Assembly (NCBI GenBank): GCA_046290465.1
Contig: JBKAGP010000001.1
Location: 4,704,001 to 4,768,000, forward strand
Origin: Planctomycetota bacterium
Lineage (GTDB): Bacteria > Planctomycetota > UBA1135 > UBA2386
DNA: 64,000 bases
Direction: 5' to 3'
Of the stretch, positions 30,050-39,994 are shown piece by piece. Under the pieces are notes generated by a model. The model did not search any database. It was not told the DNA's origin and saw only the letters and a program-made list of their open reading frames with translations. The translations under genes and the position numbers were made by a program. Position 1 is the first letter of the stretch. Every line of letters starts with the position of its first letter.

Positions 30050-30715
30050 ATGCGCAACCTGATCAAGAAGGCCGACTCGAAGAGCCGCCGTGCCGACGTC
30101 ATCGCGACCGAGCTCGGCTACCTGTGGTCCAACCTGCTGCAGCGCGGCGCGGGCGACTCGCACCGTTCGATCGGCTTCGTCGCGATCGGCGACGACGAGG
30201 GCTCCAACACGCTCGCGGCCAACATGGCGCTGTTCCTCGGCAGCAAGGGGCTGCAGGTCGCGCTGGTCGAGGCGTCGCTGCGCAGCCGCGCGCTGGCCTC
30301 GGTGTTCGACGCGACGCCGATGCCGGGCCTCGCCGAGGTGCTGACCGGCCAGGGCGTGATGCGCGATGCGCTGCGCCAGGAGGTCGCCGCCGGCGTCGAC
30401 CTGCTGCCGGCGGGCGAGACGCCCGACCCGTTCTGGGCGTTCACCGGCGACAACCTGCGCAACATCCTCAAGGAGGCGCTCGAGGGCCGGGACCTGTGCC
30501 TGGTCGACGTGCCGCCGCTCAACCGCGCGCCGGAGGCGAGCTTCGTGGTGCGGTCGCTCGACGCGATCGTGCTCGTGGTCGAGGCGAACCGCCACGGTCG
30601 CGAGGTCGTGCAGCGCAACCTCAAGATGCTGCGTTCGCTCGGCACGCCGGTGCTCGGCTCGGTCGTCAACGAGCTGGTGCACGAGGTGCCGACGCTGGTC
30701 AACAAGATGGTCTGA
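30050..30715 (+). CDS. CpsD/CapB-like tyrosine kinase homologue with degenerate Walker A
   Basis: EGSNTLAANMA, VALVEASLR, LVDVPP, LDAIVLVVEA, VLGSVVN. Confidence 0.8.
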   Translation: MRNLIKKADSKSRRADVIATELGYLWSNLLQRGAGDSHRSIGFVAIGDDEGSNTLAANMALFLGSKGLQVALVEASLRSRALASVFDATPMPGLAEVLTGQGVMRDALRQEVAAGVDLLPAGETPDPFWAFTGDNLRNILKEALEGRDLCLVDVPPLNRAPEASFVVRSLDAIVLVVEANRHGREVVQRNLKMLRSLGTPVLGSVVNELVHEVPTLVNKMV

Positions 30716-30773
30716 GGGCGGTTGCCTGAGGCGCGGTTGGTTTGCGGCCCGCGTGGGCGTTACAAAGCCCCCC

Positions 30774-32237
30774 GTGAGCAGACCCGAACCCGCCCTCGCG
30801 ATCGACGCCAGCGAGTGGTTCGTCGACGAAGCGTGGCGGGAGCACGTGGCGCGACGACACTGGCGTCGCCTGCCGGCGCGCGCCGACGTGGCGTTGCGGC
30901 TGGCGTTCGCGAAGCTCGAACAGCTGGGCGCGAAGGCGACGTTCTTCGTGCCGGCGAGCATCGCGGACCGCGCCTCGGAGCTGCTGGCGGAGATCCTCCA
31001 GGCCGGCCACGAGGTCGGGCTGTCGGTGCGCACGCCGGTGCCGCTCGACGAGGTCGCCGAACGGGATCGAGAGGCCTACCGACGTGCCTGGCACGAGGAG
31101 CGCTGTGTGCTCGAGGCGACGCTCGGCCAGGGGGTGCACGGCTTCGCCGCGGCGTGGTCGGTGGCCGAGCGCAAGGGCGACGGCTGGTGGCACCCGGTGC
31201 TGCGCGAGCTGGGCTTTGCCTACGACGCGACGCCGGTGCGCGAACCGGAGGCGTTGGCGAGGGCACTCGACGGCAGCGTGCTCGAACTCGAACGGTTCGC
31301 CGCGTGGCAGCTCGACGACGAGCAGCCGCGCCTGATGGGCCTGCCGCAGGACGTGCGCGAGGCGCACAACCAGCGCCTGCTCGGCGCCGCCGAACGGCTG
31401 GCGCAGAAGGCGGGCGTCGCGAAGACGGCGATCGCCGAGCGCATGGGGCTCGCAACGCGGCCGGTCGGTCCGCTGCCGGAGCGGGCGCCGTCCGGCGGGG
31501 ACCAGGGCTGCCGGATCGCCCCGGACGTGCCGCGGCTCGCGGTGATCGTGCCGCTCAAGGACGAGGCCGAGGGCGTGCCGTCGCTGTTCGTCGAGCTCGA
31601 GGTGCTGTCGCGCGCGATCGCCGACGTCGCCGACTGCGAGTTCGTATTGGTCGACGACGGCAGCACCGACCAGACCTGGCCGCTGCTCGAACGGCTGGCG
31701 CGCAACCGGCGGCGCGTGCGGCTGGTCCGTCACGACGTCAACCGCGGCGTCGCCGCCGCGATCCGCACTGGCATGCAGGCGACCGAGGCCGAGCTGGTCG
31801 CGTCGATCGACGGCGACCTGTCGTACGACCCGATGGAGCTGCGCCACATGGTGCCGATGATCGATTCCGCCGACGTGGTCACGTCGTCGCCGTACCACCC
31901 GGACGGCAGCGTGCGCAACGTGCCGGACTGGCGCCTGTTCCTGTCGCGCACGCTGTCGCGCGCCTACCGGATCCTGCTCGGCAGCAAGGTGCGCACGTGG
32001 ACCAGCTGCTTCCGCGTCTACCGCCGCAATGCGGTGCTGCACCTGCCGCTGAAGAACCCGGGCTTCCTCGGCACCGCCGAGCTGCTGGTGCGCGTGCTGC
32101 GCCGCGGCGGGGTGGTCGCCGAGCACCCGTGCACGCTCGAGGCGCGCCTGCTCGGGTTCTCGAAGATGCGCGTGCTCAACGTCGTGCTCGACCACCTGCG
32201 GCTGCTGCTGCTGGTGGCGCTGCGCGTCGTCAAGTGA
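30774..32237 (+). CDS. Fusion of a degenerate polysaccharide deacetylase (NodB-like) and a GT2 glycosyltransferase
   Basis: N-terminal KATFFV, AGHEV, ELGFAYD; C-terminal VDDGSTD, NRGVAAAI, IDGDLSY; GTG start at 30774 chosen. Confidence 0.8.
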   Translation: MSRPEPALAIDASEWFVDEAWREHVARRHWRRLPARADVALRLAFAKLEQLGAKATFFVPASIADRASELLAEILQAGHEVGLSVRTPVPLDEVAERDREAYRRAWHEERCVLEATLGQGVHGFAAAWSVAERKGDGWWHPVLRELGFAYDATPVREPEALARALDGSVLELERFAAWQLDDEQPRLMGLPQDVREAHNQRLLGAAERLAQKAGVAKTAIAERMGLATRPVGPLPERAPSGGDQGCRIAPDVPRLAVIVPLKDEAEGVPSLFVELEVLSRAIADVADCEFVLVDDGSTDQTWPLLERLARNRRRVRLVRHDVNRGVAAAIRTGMQATEAELVASIDGDLSYDPMELRHMVPMIDSADVVTSSPYHPDGSVRNVPDWRLFLSRTLSRAYRILLGSKVRTWTSCFRVYRRNAVLHLPLKNPGFLGTAELLVRVLRRGGVVAEHPCTLEARLLGFSKMRVLNVVLDHLRLLLLVALRVVK

Positions 32238-32255
32238 GCCCTGCGAGCGCGCCGA

Positions 32256-33206
32256 TCAGGAGAGCTCTGGCACCTGGCGCGGTCGCCGCGAAAGCTCGCC
32301 GACGTAGCCCGGCCGCAGCAGCTGCCGCAGCGCCGCGGCGTAGAGGCCGGCCCGGCCGCCCTTGCCGGCGAGCGCCAGCAGCAGCCAGACCAGCAGCCGC
32401 AGCGTGTGCCCGAGCACCAGGCAGGCGCGCACGTACTCGCTCCAGAACCTGCCGTGCCACTGCACGTGGTAGAGCAGCGTGCTCTCGCGGAACGCGACGA
32501 ACGTGCGCTCCGCCGACTGCGCCGCGCTGAGGCCGCCGACGTGCACGAAGCTCGCGTCGGGCAGGTAGCGGATGGCGAAGCCGCCCTTGCGCACGCGGGC
32601 GCAGAAGTCGGCCTCCTCGAAGTACATGAAGAACCGTTCGTCGAAGCCGCCGGTGCTCGCCAGCACGTCGCGCCGGATCAGGAACACGCAGCCGCTGACG
32701 CAGTCGACGTCGCCGCGGTCGGTGCGCGGCGCTGGCTCGGCGAAGCGGCCGAGGAACAGCGCGTTGGGCAGGTAGTGGCGCGGCAGGTGGTGTCGCCACG
32801 TGCTGCGCTGGGTGTTGCCATGCTCGTCGACGATGCGCGGGCCGAGCACGCCGGCGTCGGGCTCGTTCTCGGCGCTGGCGACGAACCGCTCGAGCTGTTC
32901 CCAGTCGGCGTCGGCGTCGGTGTTGAGCAGCAGGATCCACCGGCCGCGCGCGACCTCGAGGCCGCGGTTGACGCCGTAGGCGAAGCCGCCGTTCTCCGGT
33001 TGCGGCATCACCACCGCGTCGGGAAACCGTTCGCGCGCGACGGCGACGCTGTCGTCGCTGCTCCGGTTGTCGACGACCAGCACCTCGAACGGCAGCCGGG
33101 GCGCGTCGAACAGCTGGCCGAGCACGCGCAGCAACAGGTCGCGCGTGTTCCAGTTGACGATGACGATCGACAGGGTGGGGGAGGTCTCGCTCATCGCCGC
33201 GGGCAT
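32256..33206 (-). CDS. GT2 family glycosyltransferase (WbbL-like)
   Basis: IVIVNWNT, VVDNRSSD, LLLNTD, GGFDERFFMYFEEADFC. Confidence 0.92.
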   Translation of the reverse strand: MPAAMSETSPTLSIVIVNWNTRDLLLRVLGQLFDAPRLPFEVLVVDNRSSDDSVAVARERFPDAVVMPQPENGGFAYGVNRGLEVARGRWILLLNTDADADWEQLERFVASAENEPDAGVLGPRIVDEHGNTQRSTWRHHLPRHYLPNALFLGRFAEPAPRTDRGDVDCVSGCVFLIRRDVLASTGGFDERFFMYFEEADFCARVRKGGFAIRYLPDASFVHVGGLSAAQSAERTFVAFRESTLLYHVQWHGRFWSEYVRACLVLGHTLRLLVWLLLALAGKGGRAGLYAAALRQLLRPGYVGELSRRPRQVPELS

Positions 33207-33323
33207 GATGCAAGCGGGCCGCCGCGTTGTCCAATCGATGGCATCGGCCCGTGGGCGTCATCGGCCGTCGCGGCGTGCGGGCATGAGGTAGCCTTCTGCC
33301 GCGGGAGCGCCCGCGAGGGGAAC

Positions 33324-34280
33324 ATGCGAACGACTCTGCTGCAATCGTGTCTGCCGGTTCTGTGTCTGCTGTGCGTGCAGGCGGCGGCGCAGGTGACGCC
33401 CAGCGCGGTGCTGGTCGGCGCGCAGGCGGTGGCCGGTGCGACCGTCGCGCCGGTGCCGCCGTCCCAGACGCCGATCTGGCCCGGTCTGTCGCGCGTCGCG
33501 GCCGGCGCGGCCGGCGCCTCGTCCTTCCTCGTCGAGCACCACGCCGACGACCTCGGCATCGAGCTCGAGTGGCAGCTGGCGACGCAGGCGTGGCAGACCG
33601 GCACGACGGTGTCGCGCGTCGAGGTGCGCTACGTGTTCTCGTCGCCGGTGACGCAGTTGGGCGACCTGTCGATCGAATGGGCGCCGCAGCAGACCGGCAC
33701 CGGCAACTCGGTGCTGTCGGTCGACGTGTTCGACGACGGCTACGTCGATGCCAACGGCGCCTATACGACGCCGGTCGCGTTCCACACGTTCCCGCTGGTG
33801 TTGCGCGTGGTCGCCGAGGTGCGCGCCGACGCCGGCACGATCCAGGGGCCGTGGGGCAGCTCGTGGAGTTGGAGCGGTGGCGCGGTCGCCAGCCTGCGCA
33901 TCCGCTTCACGCCGACGCACGCCAGCGCCGCGGTCGTCTCGCCGTCGACCTGCTTGCACGCGCCGGTGCTGACCGCGCGGCCGGACCTCGACGGTGGCGT
34001 GCGCCTCGACGCGCAGGCGCCGCTCGGGGACGACCTGCTGGTGTTCGCGCTCGGGTTCGCACCGAGCAACCTGCCGCTGCCGTGGTCGGCGGGCTGCACG
34101 CTGCTGGTGGATCCGGTGGTGACGTCGACCAGCGCGTTGCTCGGCGGGCCCTCGGCGTCGCTGTCGGTGCCGGTGCCGCCGGCGTTCCGGCCGGCGGCCT
34201 TCCTCACGCAGGCGGTGTCGCTGGATGCGCAGCCGCTGCGCCTGACGGCCGGCGACGTCGTGCAGGTCGACGTGCGCTGA
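33324..34280 (+). CDS. Secreted hypothetical protein with planctomycete-type C-terminal module
   Basis: Signal peptide ending AAA-Q; GCTLLVDP, VPVPP...FLTQAVSLD. Confidence 0.8.
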   Translation: MRTTLLQSCLPVLCLLCVQAAAQVTPSAVLVGAQAVAGATVAPVPPSQTPIWPGLSRVAAGAAGASSFLVEHHADDLGIELEWQLATQAWQTGTTVSRVEVRYVFSSPVTQLGDLSIEWAPQQTGTGNSVLSVDVFDDGYVDANGAYTTPVAFHTFPLVLRVVAEVRADAGTIQGPWGSSWSWSGGAVASLRIRFTPTHASAAVVSPSTCLHAPVLTARPDLDGGVRLDAQAPLGDDLLVFALGFAPSNLPLPWSAGCTLLVDPVVTSTSALLGGPSASLSVPVPPAFRPAAFLTQAVSLDAQPLRLTAGDVVQVDVR

Positions 34281-34308
34281 CCAGGACGCCGACCGCGAAG
34301 CCCGCGAC

Positions 34309-34581
34309 GTGCGCGAGCTGGAGCAGTGCCTGCGCAACTTCGTGCTGCGGCGCCGCTACACGCCGCGAGCGCGGCGGCGCGGCCGTGACGAACTGCCCGA
34401 GGCGGTGGCGCGTGGCGACCTGACCGCGGCCGAGCTGCTGCGCCGCTACGTCAGCCAGGTGTTCGTCGCCGAGGGCTGCAACCTCGAGGCGGCGGCGCGC
34501 CGTCTGGAGCTCGACCGGCGCACGGTCCGGCGGCACGTCGATCCGGATCTGCTGCAGCGGTCGCGCAGCGAGCGGGGCTGA
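34309..34581 (+). pseudogene. C-terminal fragment of a sigma-54-dependent (NtrC/Fis) activator
   Basis: Begins at VRELEQ (tail of the WPGNVREL motif) and ends with a Fis HTH, NLEAAARRLELDRRTVRR; AAA+ domain absent. Confidence 0.7.
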
Positions 34582-34644
34582 ACCCCACCTCGCGCTGGGC
34601 TTCCGGGCCGCGACGGCTATCTTGTTCGCCCTGGAATCCGCCCG

Positions 34645-36255
<1,611 letters not shown>

Positions 36256-36257
36256 CC

Positions 36258-36728
36258 ATGCGAGAGATCACCGACGACCTGACCGACGCCGGCCGCGAGG
36301 TCCTGCAGAACATCGCCGAGCACAAGGTGCACGTCATGCACGTGACCAGCGACGACGGCGTGCCGAAGTTCGCCTACACCGTCGGCCTGTGGCACCACTT
36401 CCAGCAGCCGGAGGTGATCGTGTTCGGGCTCGACGTCGAAGCGGCCGACGGCCTGCTGCACGACGTCGCCGACCGCTGCATCGAGGGGGCGAGGTTCGCG
36501 CACGGCGAGAAGCACGACGGCCTGCTGGTCGGCTTCGCGGTGCGCTTCCTCGAGGTCGCGCGCGACGCCGCCAGCGAACACCTCGGCGCCGCCGCCTGGG
36601 CCTACCAGGACGAGCCGTTCGCTTGCGTGCAGCTGGTCTGGCCCGACAAGGAGAAGCGCTGGCCGTGGCAGGAAGGCGTGCGTCAGGGCTTCCGCGACGT
36701 GCAGCCGCTGCTCGGCCCGCACGAGTGA
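36258..36728 (+). CDS. DUF4262 domain protein
   Basis: PKFAYTVGLW...PEVIVFGL, QLVWPD...WPW. Confidence 0.85.
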   Translation: MREITDDLTDAGREVLQNIAEHKVHVMHVTSDDGVPKFAYTVGLWHHFQQPEVIVFGLDVEAADGLLHDVADRCIEGARFAHGEKHDGLLVGFAVRFLEVARDAASEHLGAAAWAYQDEPFACVQLVWPDKEKRWPWQEGVRQGFRDVQPLLGPHE

Positions 36729-36919
36729 GCGCCGCGCCCGACAAGCGCTCGGCGCGCAGCATTGGCAGCGCCTACTTCCTCGGCGTGGTGTTCGTCGGCT
36801 TCCTCATCCTGCTGTGGATGCGTGGCCTGGGCCGGCTGATGATCCCGCTGCTGCTGATCGGCGCCGTCTGCTACGCCCTCTACCGCTTCGTCAAGCTGAT
36901 CCGAGCCCCCGTCGATTGA
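36725..36919 (+). CDS. Small membrane protein (64 aa, two hydrophobic segments)
   Basis: GTG overlapping the upstream TGA; YFLGVVFVGFLILLW and LMIPLLLIGAVCYALY. Confidence 0.7.
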   Translation: MSAAPDKRSARSIGSAYFLGVVFVGFLILLWMRGLGRLMIPLLLIGAVCYALYRFVKLIRAPVD

Positions 36920-36920
36920 A

Positions 36921-37010
36921 AGTAGCGGTACGGTACGCGGTTCATCCTGCAACGTTCGCGGCGACGCCGCCGCGAACGTTGCAGGATGAACCGCGTACCG
37001 TACCGCTACT
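36921..37010. repeat. Perfect 43-bp inverted repeat with 4-nt loop (REPIN/MITE-like)
   Basis: 36921-36963 is the exact reverse complement of 36968-37010; ends AGTAG...CTACT. Confidence 0.95.
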
Positions 37011-37062
37011 CTCACACGCGCGCTATCGACCCATGCCAAGGCCGGCTGGCTAGACTGTTGGC

Positions 37063-38190
37063 ATGAAGTCCCTGCTTGCGATCGCGTTCTTCGGAGTCGC
37101 CATGGCACCGTGCCTGTGGGACCGGGACACGCTGGCGACCGAGCTGCGCGGGTTGCCGAAGGCGCTCGACGTCGTGATCGGCAAGTGGCATCGCCACAGC
37201 GAGGCCTACTACCGCGAGCGCATCGAGCGACTGGCCGGCAAGGAACCGCTGACGCTGGCCGAGTGCGACGACCTCGCGGTCGCCTACGAGCGCGTGCACG
37301 ACCGCAAGAAGGCGATCGCGGTGATGGCGAAGAAGGCCGAGCTGCTCGCGGCGACGCCGGACGGCGAACACCAGTACCGCTACCACGCCAACCTCGGCAC
37401 GTTCTACGCGCACACGGGCCGCTTCGACGAGGCGCTGGTCGAGCTGCGCAAGGCGGTCGCGATCAACCCGGACGCGCACTTCGGTCGCGAGATCTTCCAG
37501 ATCGAGCTGATCGAATACATCGCGGCCTGCAAGCAGGACCCGGAGCTGTGGCAGCGCTTCAGCTTCATGCGCCACGCCGGCTACCGGATCGACGCGCACG
37601 TCGGCTCCGGCGGGCTGGTGTACTACCCCGACAACTCGCGCGACTGGGGCAAGGACTGGCGGGGCACGCGCAAGCTCGACCTCGACAAGGCCTGGCAGGG
37701 CATCGTCGGCATGCTGCGCTTCGGCGGGCTCGAAGGTCCCGAGCTCTACCGTTCGCTGGCCGAGTGGTTCCTCGCCAAGGAGCACCTCAACCTCGCGTGG
37801 TGGGCGCTCGAGCGTGCGATCGAACGCGGTCACCCGGCGGCGGACCAGCTGCGCAAGGGACAGAAGGGCATCGAGGCGCACTGGCAGGAGGCCGGCGGCA
37901 GCGCGCCGAAGGCACCGTCGCGCGCCGAGATCGACGCGCGCTGCGCGTGGGCCGATGCCTGGGTTGCGGCGTTCCAGCGGGCCGAGGCGGCCGCGATCGC
38001 GCGTGGTGAGGACGTGCGCAGCGATGCGGCGTTGCAGAAGCTGCTGGCGATCGCGGACGAGGCGCGTCCGGGCGAGGGCGACGATCGGGGCGACGGGGTC
38101 GCCTGGCGTCCGGTGGTGCTCTGGTCCGTCGTCGCCGGTGCTGGTCTACTGGCGGCGATCCTGCTGCTGCAGCGCGCCCGCACGCGATGA
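37063..38190 (+). CDS. Exported TPR-containing protein with C-terminal membrane anchor
   Basis: Signal peptide, CLWDRDTL motif, YHANLGTF...AINPDAHFGRE TPR, C-terminal TM followed by basic residues. Confidence 0.82.
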   Translation: MKSLLAIAFFGVAMAPCLWDRDTLATELRGLPKALDVVIGKWHRHSEAYYRERIERLAGKEPLTLAECDDLAVAYERVHDRKKAIAVMAKKAELLAATPDGEHQYRYHANLGTFYAHTGRFDEALVELRKAVAINPDAHFGREIFQIELIEYIAACKQDPELWQRFSFMRHAGYRIDAHVGSGGLVYYPDNSRDWGKDWRGTRKLDLDKAWQGIVGMLRFGGLEGPELYRSLAEWFLAKEHLNLAWWALERAIERGHPAADQLRKGQKGIEAHWQEAGGSAPKAPSRAEIDARCAWADAWVAAFQRAEAAAIARGEDVRSDAALQKLLAIADEARPGEGDDRGDGVAWRPVVLWSVVAGAGLLAAILLLQRARTR

Positions 38191-38645
38191 CCGAAGAACG
38201 CTACCCCCGCGACCTGCCGCCGTTCTGGTTCTTGATCGGCGTCGGCGCGATGTTCGCGCTGCACCACCTCGTGCCGATCGCGGTGGTGCTGCCGACGCCG
38301 TGGAACAAGCTCGGCTGGGCGCTGATCACGGTCGGCGGGGTGATCGCCCTGCCGAGCCTGCTCGGCTTCCGACGGGCCGGCACGTCGATCAAGCCGTTCC
38401 GGCCGGTGCGCGCGCTGGTCGCCGAGGGCCCGTATCGCTTCACGCGCAATCCGATGTACCTGGCGCTGGTCGTGATGGCGTTCGGCGTCGCGCTGCGGCT
38501 CGGCACGCTTTCCCCGCTGATCGTGCCCCCGGCATTGTTCCTGATCCTCGACCGGCGCTTCGTCCGCCGCGAAGAACGATTCCTACGTGCCAATCTGGGA
38601 ACGGCTTACGACGACTACTGCGGGCGCGTGCGGCGCTGGTTGTGA
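38187..38645 (+). CDS. Isoprenylcysteine carboxylmethyltransferase (ICMT/PEMT) family protein
   Basis: LVAEGPYRFTRNPMYL, EERFL, YDDYCGRVRRWL. Confidence 0.92.
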   Translation: MTEERYPRDLPPFWFLIGVGAMFALHHLVPIAVVLPTPWNKLGWALITVGGVIALPSLLGFRRAGTSIKPFRPVRALVAEGPYRFTRNPMYLALVVMAFGVALRLGTLSPLIVPPALFLILDRRFVRREERFLRANLGTAYDDYCGRVRRWL

Positions 38646-38742
38646 CGCGACGGCGGATTGCCCCCTGACAGCCTCGGCCGAGCCGGGTCCAATGGCCGTT
38701 CGCCTTGCCCTTTGGCGACGCTTCTACAGGAGACCCCTCGCA

Positions 38743-39903
38743 ATGATGAAGCTCTCGTCCTCAACGACGCTCTTCGCAGCCGGCCTGTTGCTCGCCGGCT
38801 CGCTCTCCGCGCAGCGACCGCCGCTGCCAGGCATCCCGATCGTGTCGCCGCCGGTGCCGCACCCGGCGCTCGCCGGACAGCCGCTGATCGGCAACGACAA
38901 CGCCGAGACGGCGACCAGGCGCCCCGGCGTGCGGGTCAAGACCGACCACAAGCCGATGAAGCCGGATCCGGCGACGCGCGGCGTCAAGATCCAGGGCAAG
39001 GACCTCAAGAAGGCGGTCAAGAAGGTCGCCGAGCTGCCGTGGCTCAAGCTCGACAAGGCCAAGGCCGTGTCGAAGAAGACCGGTCGCCCGATCCTGCTGC
39101 TGCAGACGCTCGGCGACATCGACGGCTTTGCTTGAAGCGCTCTCCAGAGCCTGCGGGGCGTGACCCTGCCGAACGACGACATCATCCAGTTCCTCGACGG
39201 CCGCTTCGTGCTGTGCCACCGGAACATCGAGAAGGAAGAGCACGTGGGCATGTCCCACGGCTACAAGAGCAACCAGTCCGCGGTCGGCACGACCAACGGC
39301 GCCGGACCGCGCAACGTGCAGTTCATGGTGCTGGCGGACGACGAGACGGTGCTGCACGCGATGCCGGGGTTCTGGCACGCACAGGACCTGATCAAGGAGC
39401 TGACGCTCGGCCTCGAGATCCAGCGCCTCTACCAGGACGAGCGCCTCGAGGGCGATCGCAAGCAGCAGATGTTCTCGATGCTGCACAAGTCGTTCCTGCG
39501 CCGTCACGGCAAGGACATGGAGCGCCGTAGCCAGTGGCAGGGCTTCGACCGCTGGCACGAGATCCACCGCGTGCAGACCGAGGAGCGCGACACCTTCGTC
39601 AAGAACGGCAAGGGTGAGTACGAGATCAAGACCGTGCCGGAGGTCATCCACGACCGCATGGTGGCGCGGCCGTTCCAGAAGCTGGACGACTTCGATCTCG
39701 AGGCGTTCGTCGACTACGGCCGCCCGTTCTACGACAACAACCACGGCGACCGCGGCAAGCCGTTCAGCAAGGCCGAGCGGGCCAACCGCAAGCGCGAGCA
39801 GGCGCTCGCCGAGGAGCGCCAGGAGCTGGCCCGGCAGCGCGCCAAGGAAGAGCGCGAGCGCAAGCGCCAGGAGCGCAAGAACCGGCGCAAGCAGTCCAAG
39901 TAG
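38743..39903 (+). CDS. Exported thioredoxin-fold SelN-like selenoprotein candidate (in-frame UGA at 39133-39135)
   Basis: Two track ORFs are in frame across one TGA; the joined sequence W.....AKA.SKKTGRPILLLQTLGDIDGFA-U-SALQSLRGVTLPNDDIIQFLDGRFVL is a continuous Trx-like fold; signal peptide. Confidence 0.78.
39153..39169 (+). promoter_or_regulatory. Bacterial SECIS-like hairpin
   Basis: GCGGGG-CGUGA-CCCUGC; 23 nt lie between the UGA and the loop; GU at loop positions 2-3. Confidence 0.55.
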
Positions 39904-39925
39904 CGTCGAATCCCGCCGGCGCGAG

Positions 39926-39963
39926 AACGGTCCTGCCCCGCGAGGGTCAGGACCGTTTTTGTT
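39926..39963 (+). terminator. Rho-independent terminator
   Basis: AACGGTCCTG...CAGGACCGTT stem followed by TTTGTT, directly after the stop at 39903. Confidence 0.85.
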
Positions 39964-39994
39964 GGCGGCGGGCGCTCCGCGTAGGCTGTGGGGG

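Noticed and set aside
36921..37010. Ordinary rho-independent terminator
   Set aside because: A 43-bp stem with no U-tract is atypical for a terminator, so it is treated as a repeat element instead.
39160..39903. Independent 247-aa gene starting at GTG 39160
   Set aside because: It would begin in the middle of a thioredoxin-like fold, the GTG lies inside the SECIS-like loop, and there is no convincing RBS. Read-through explains it better.
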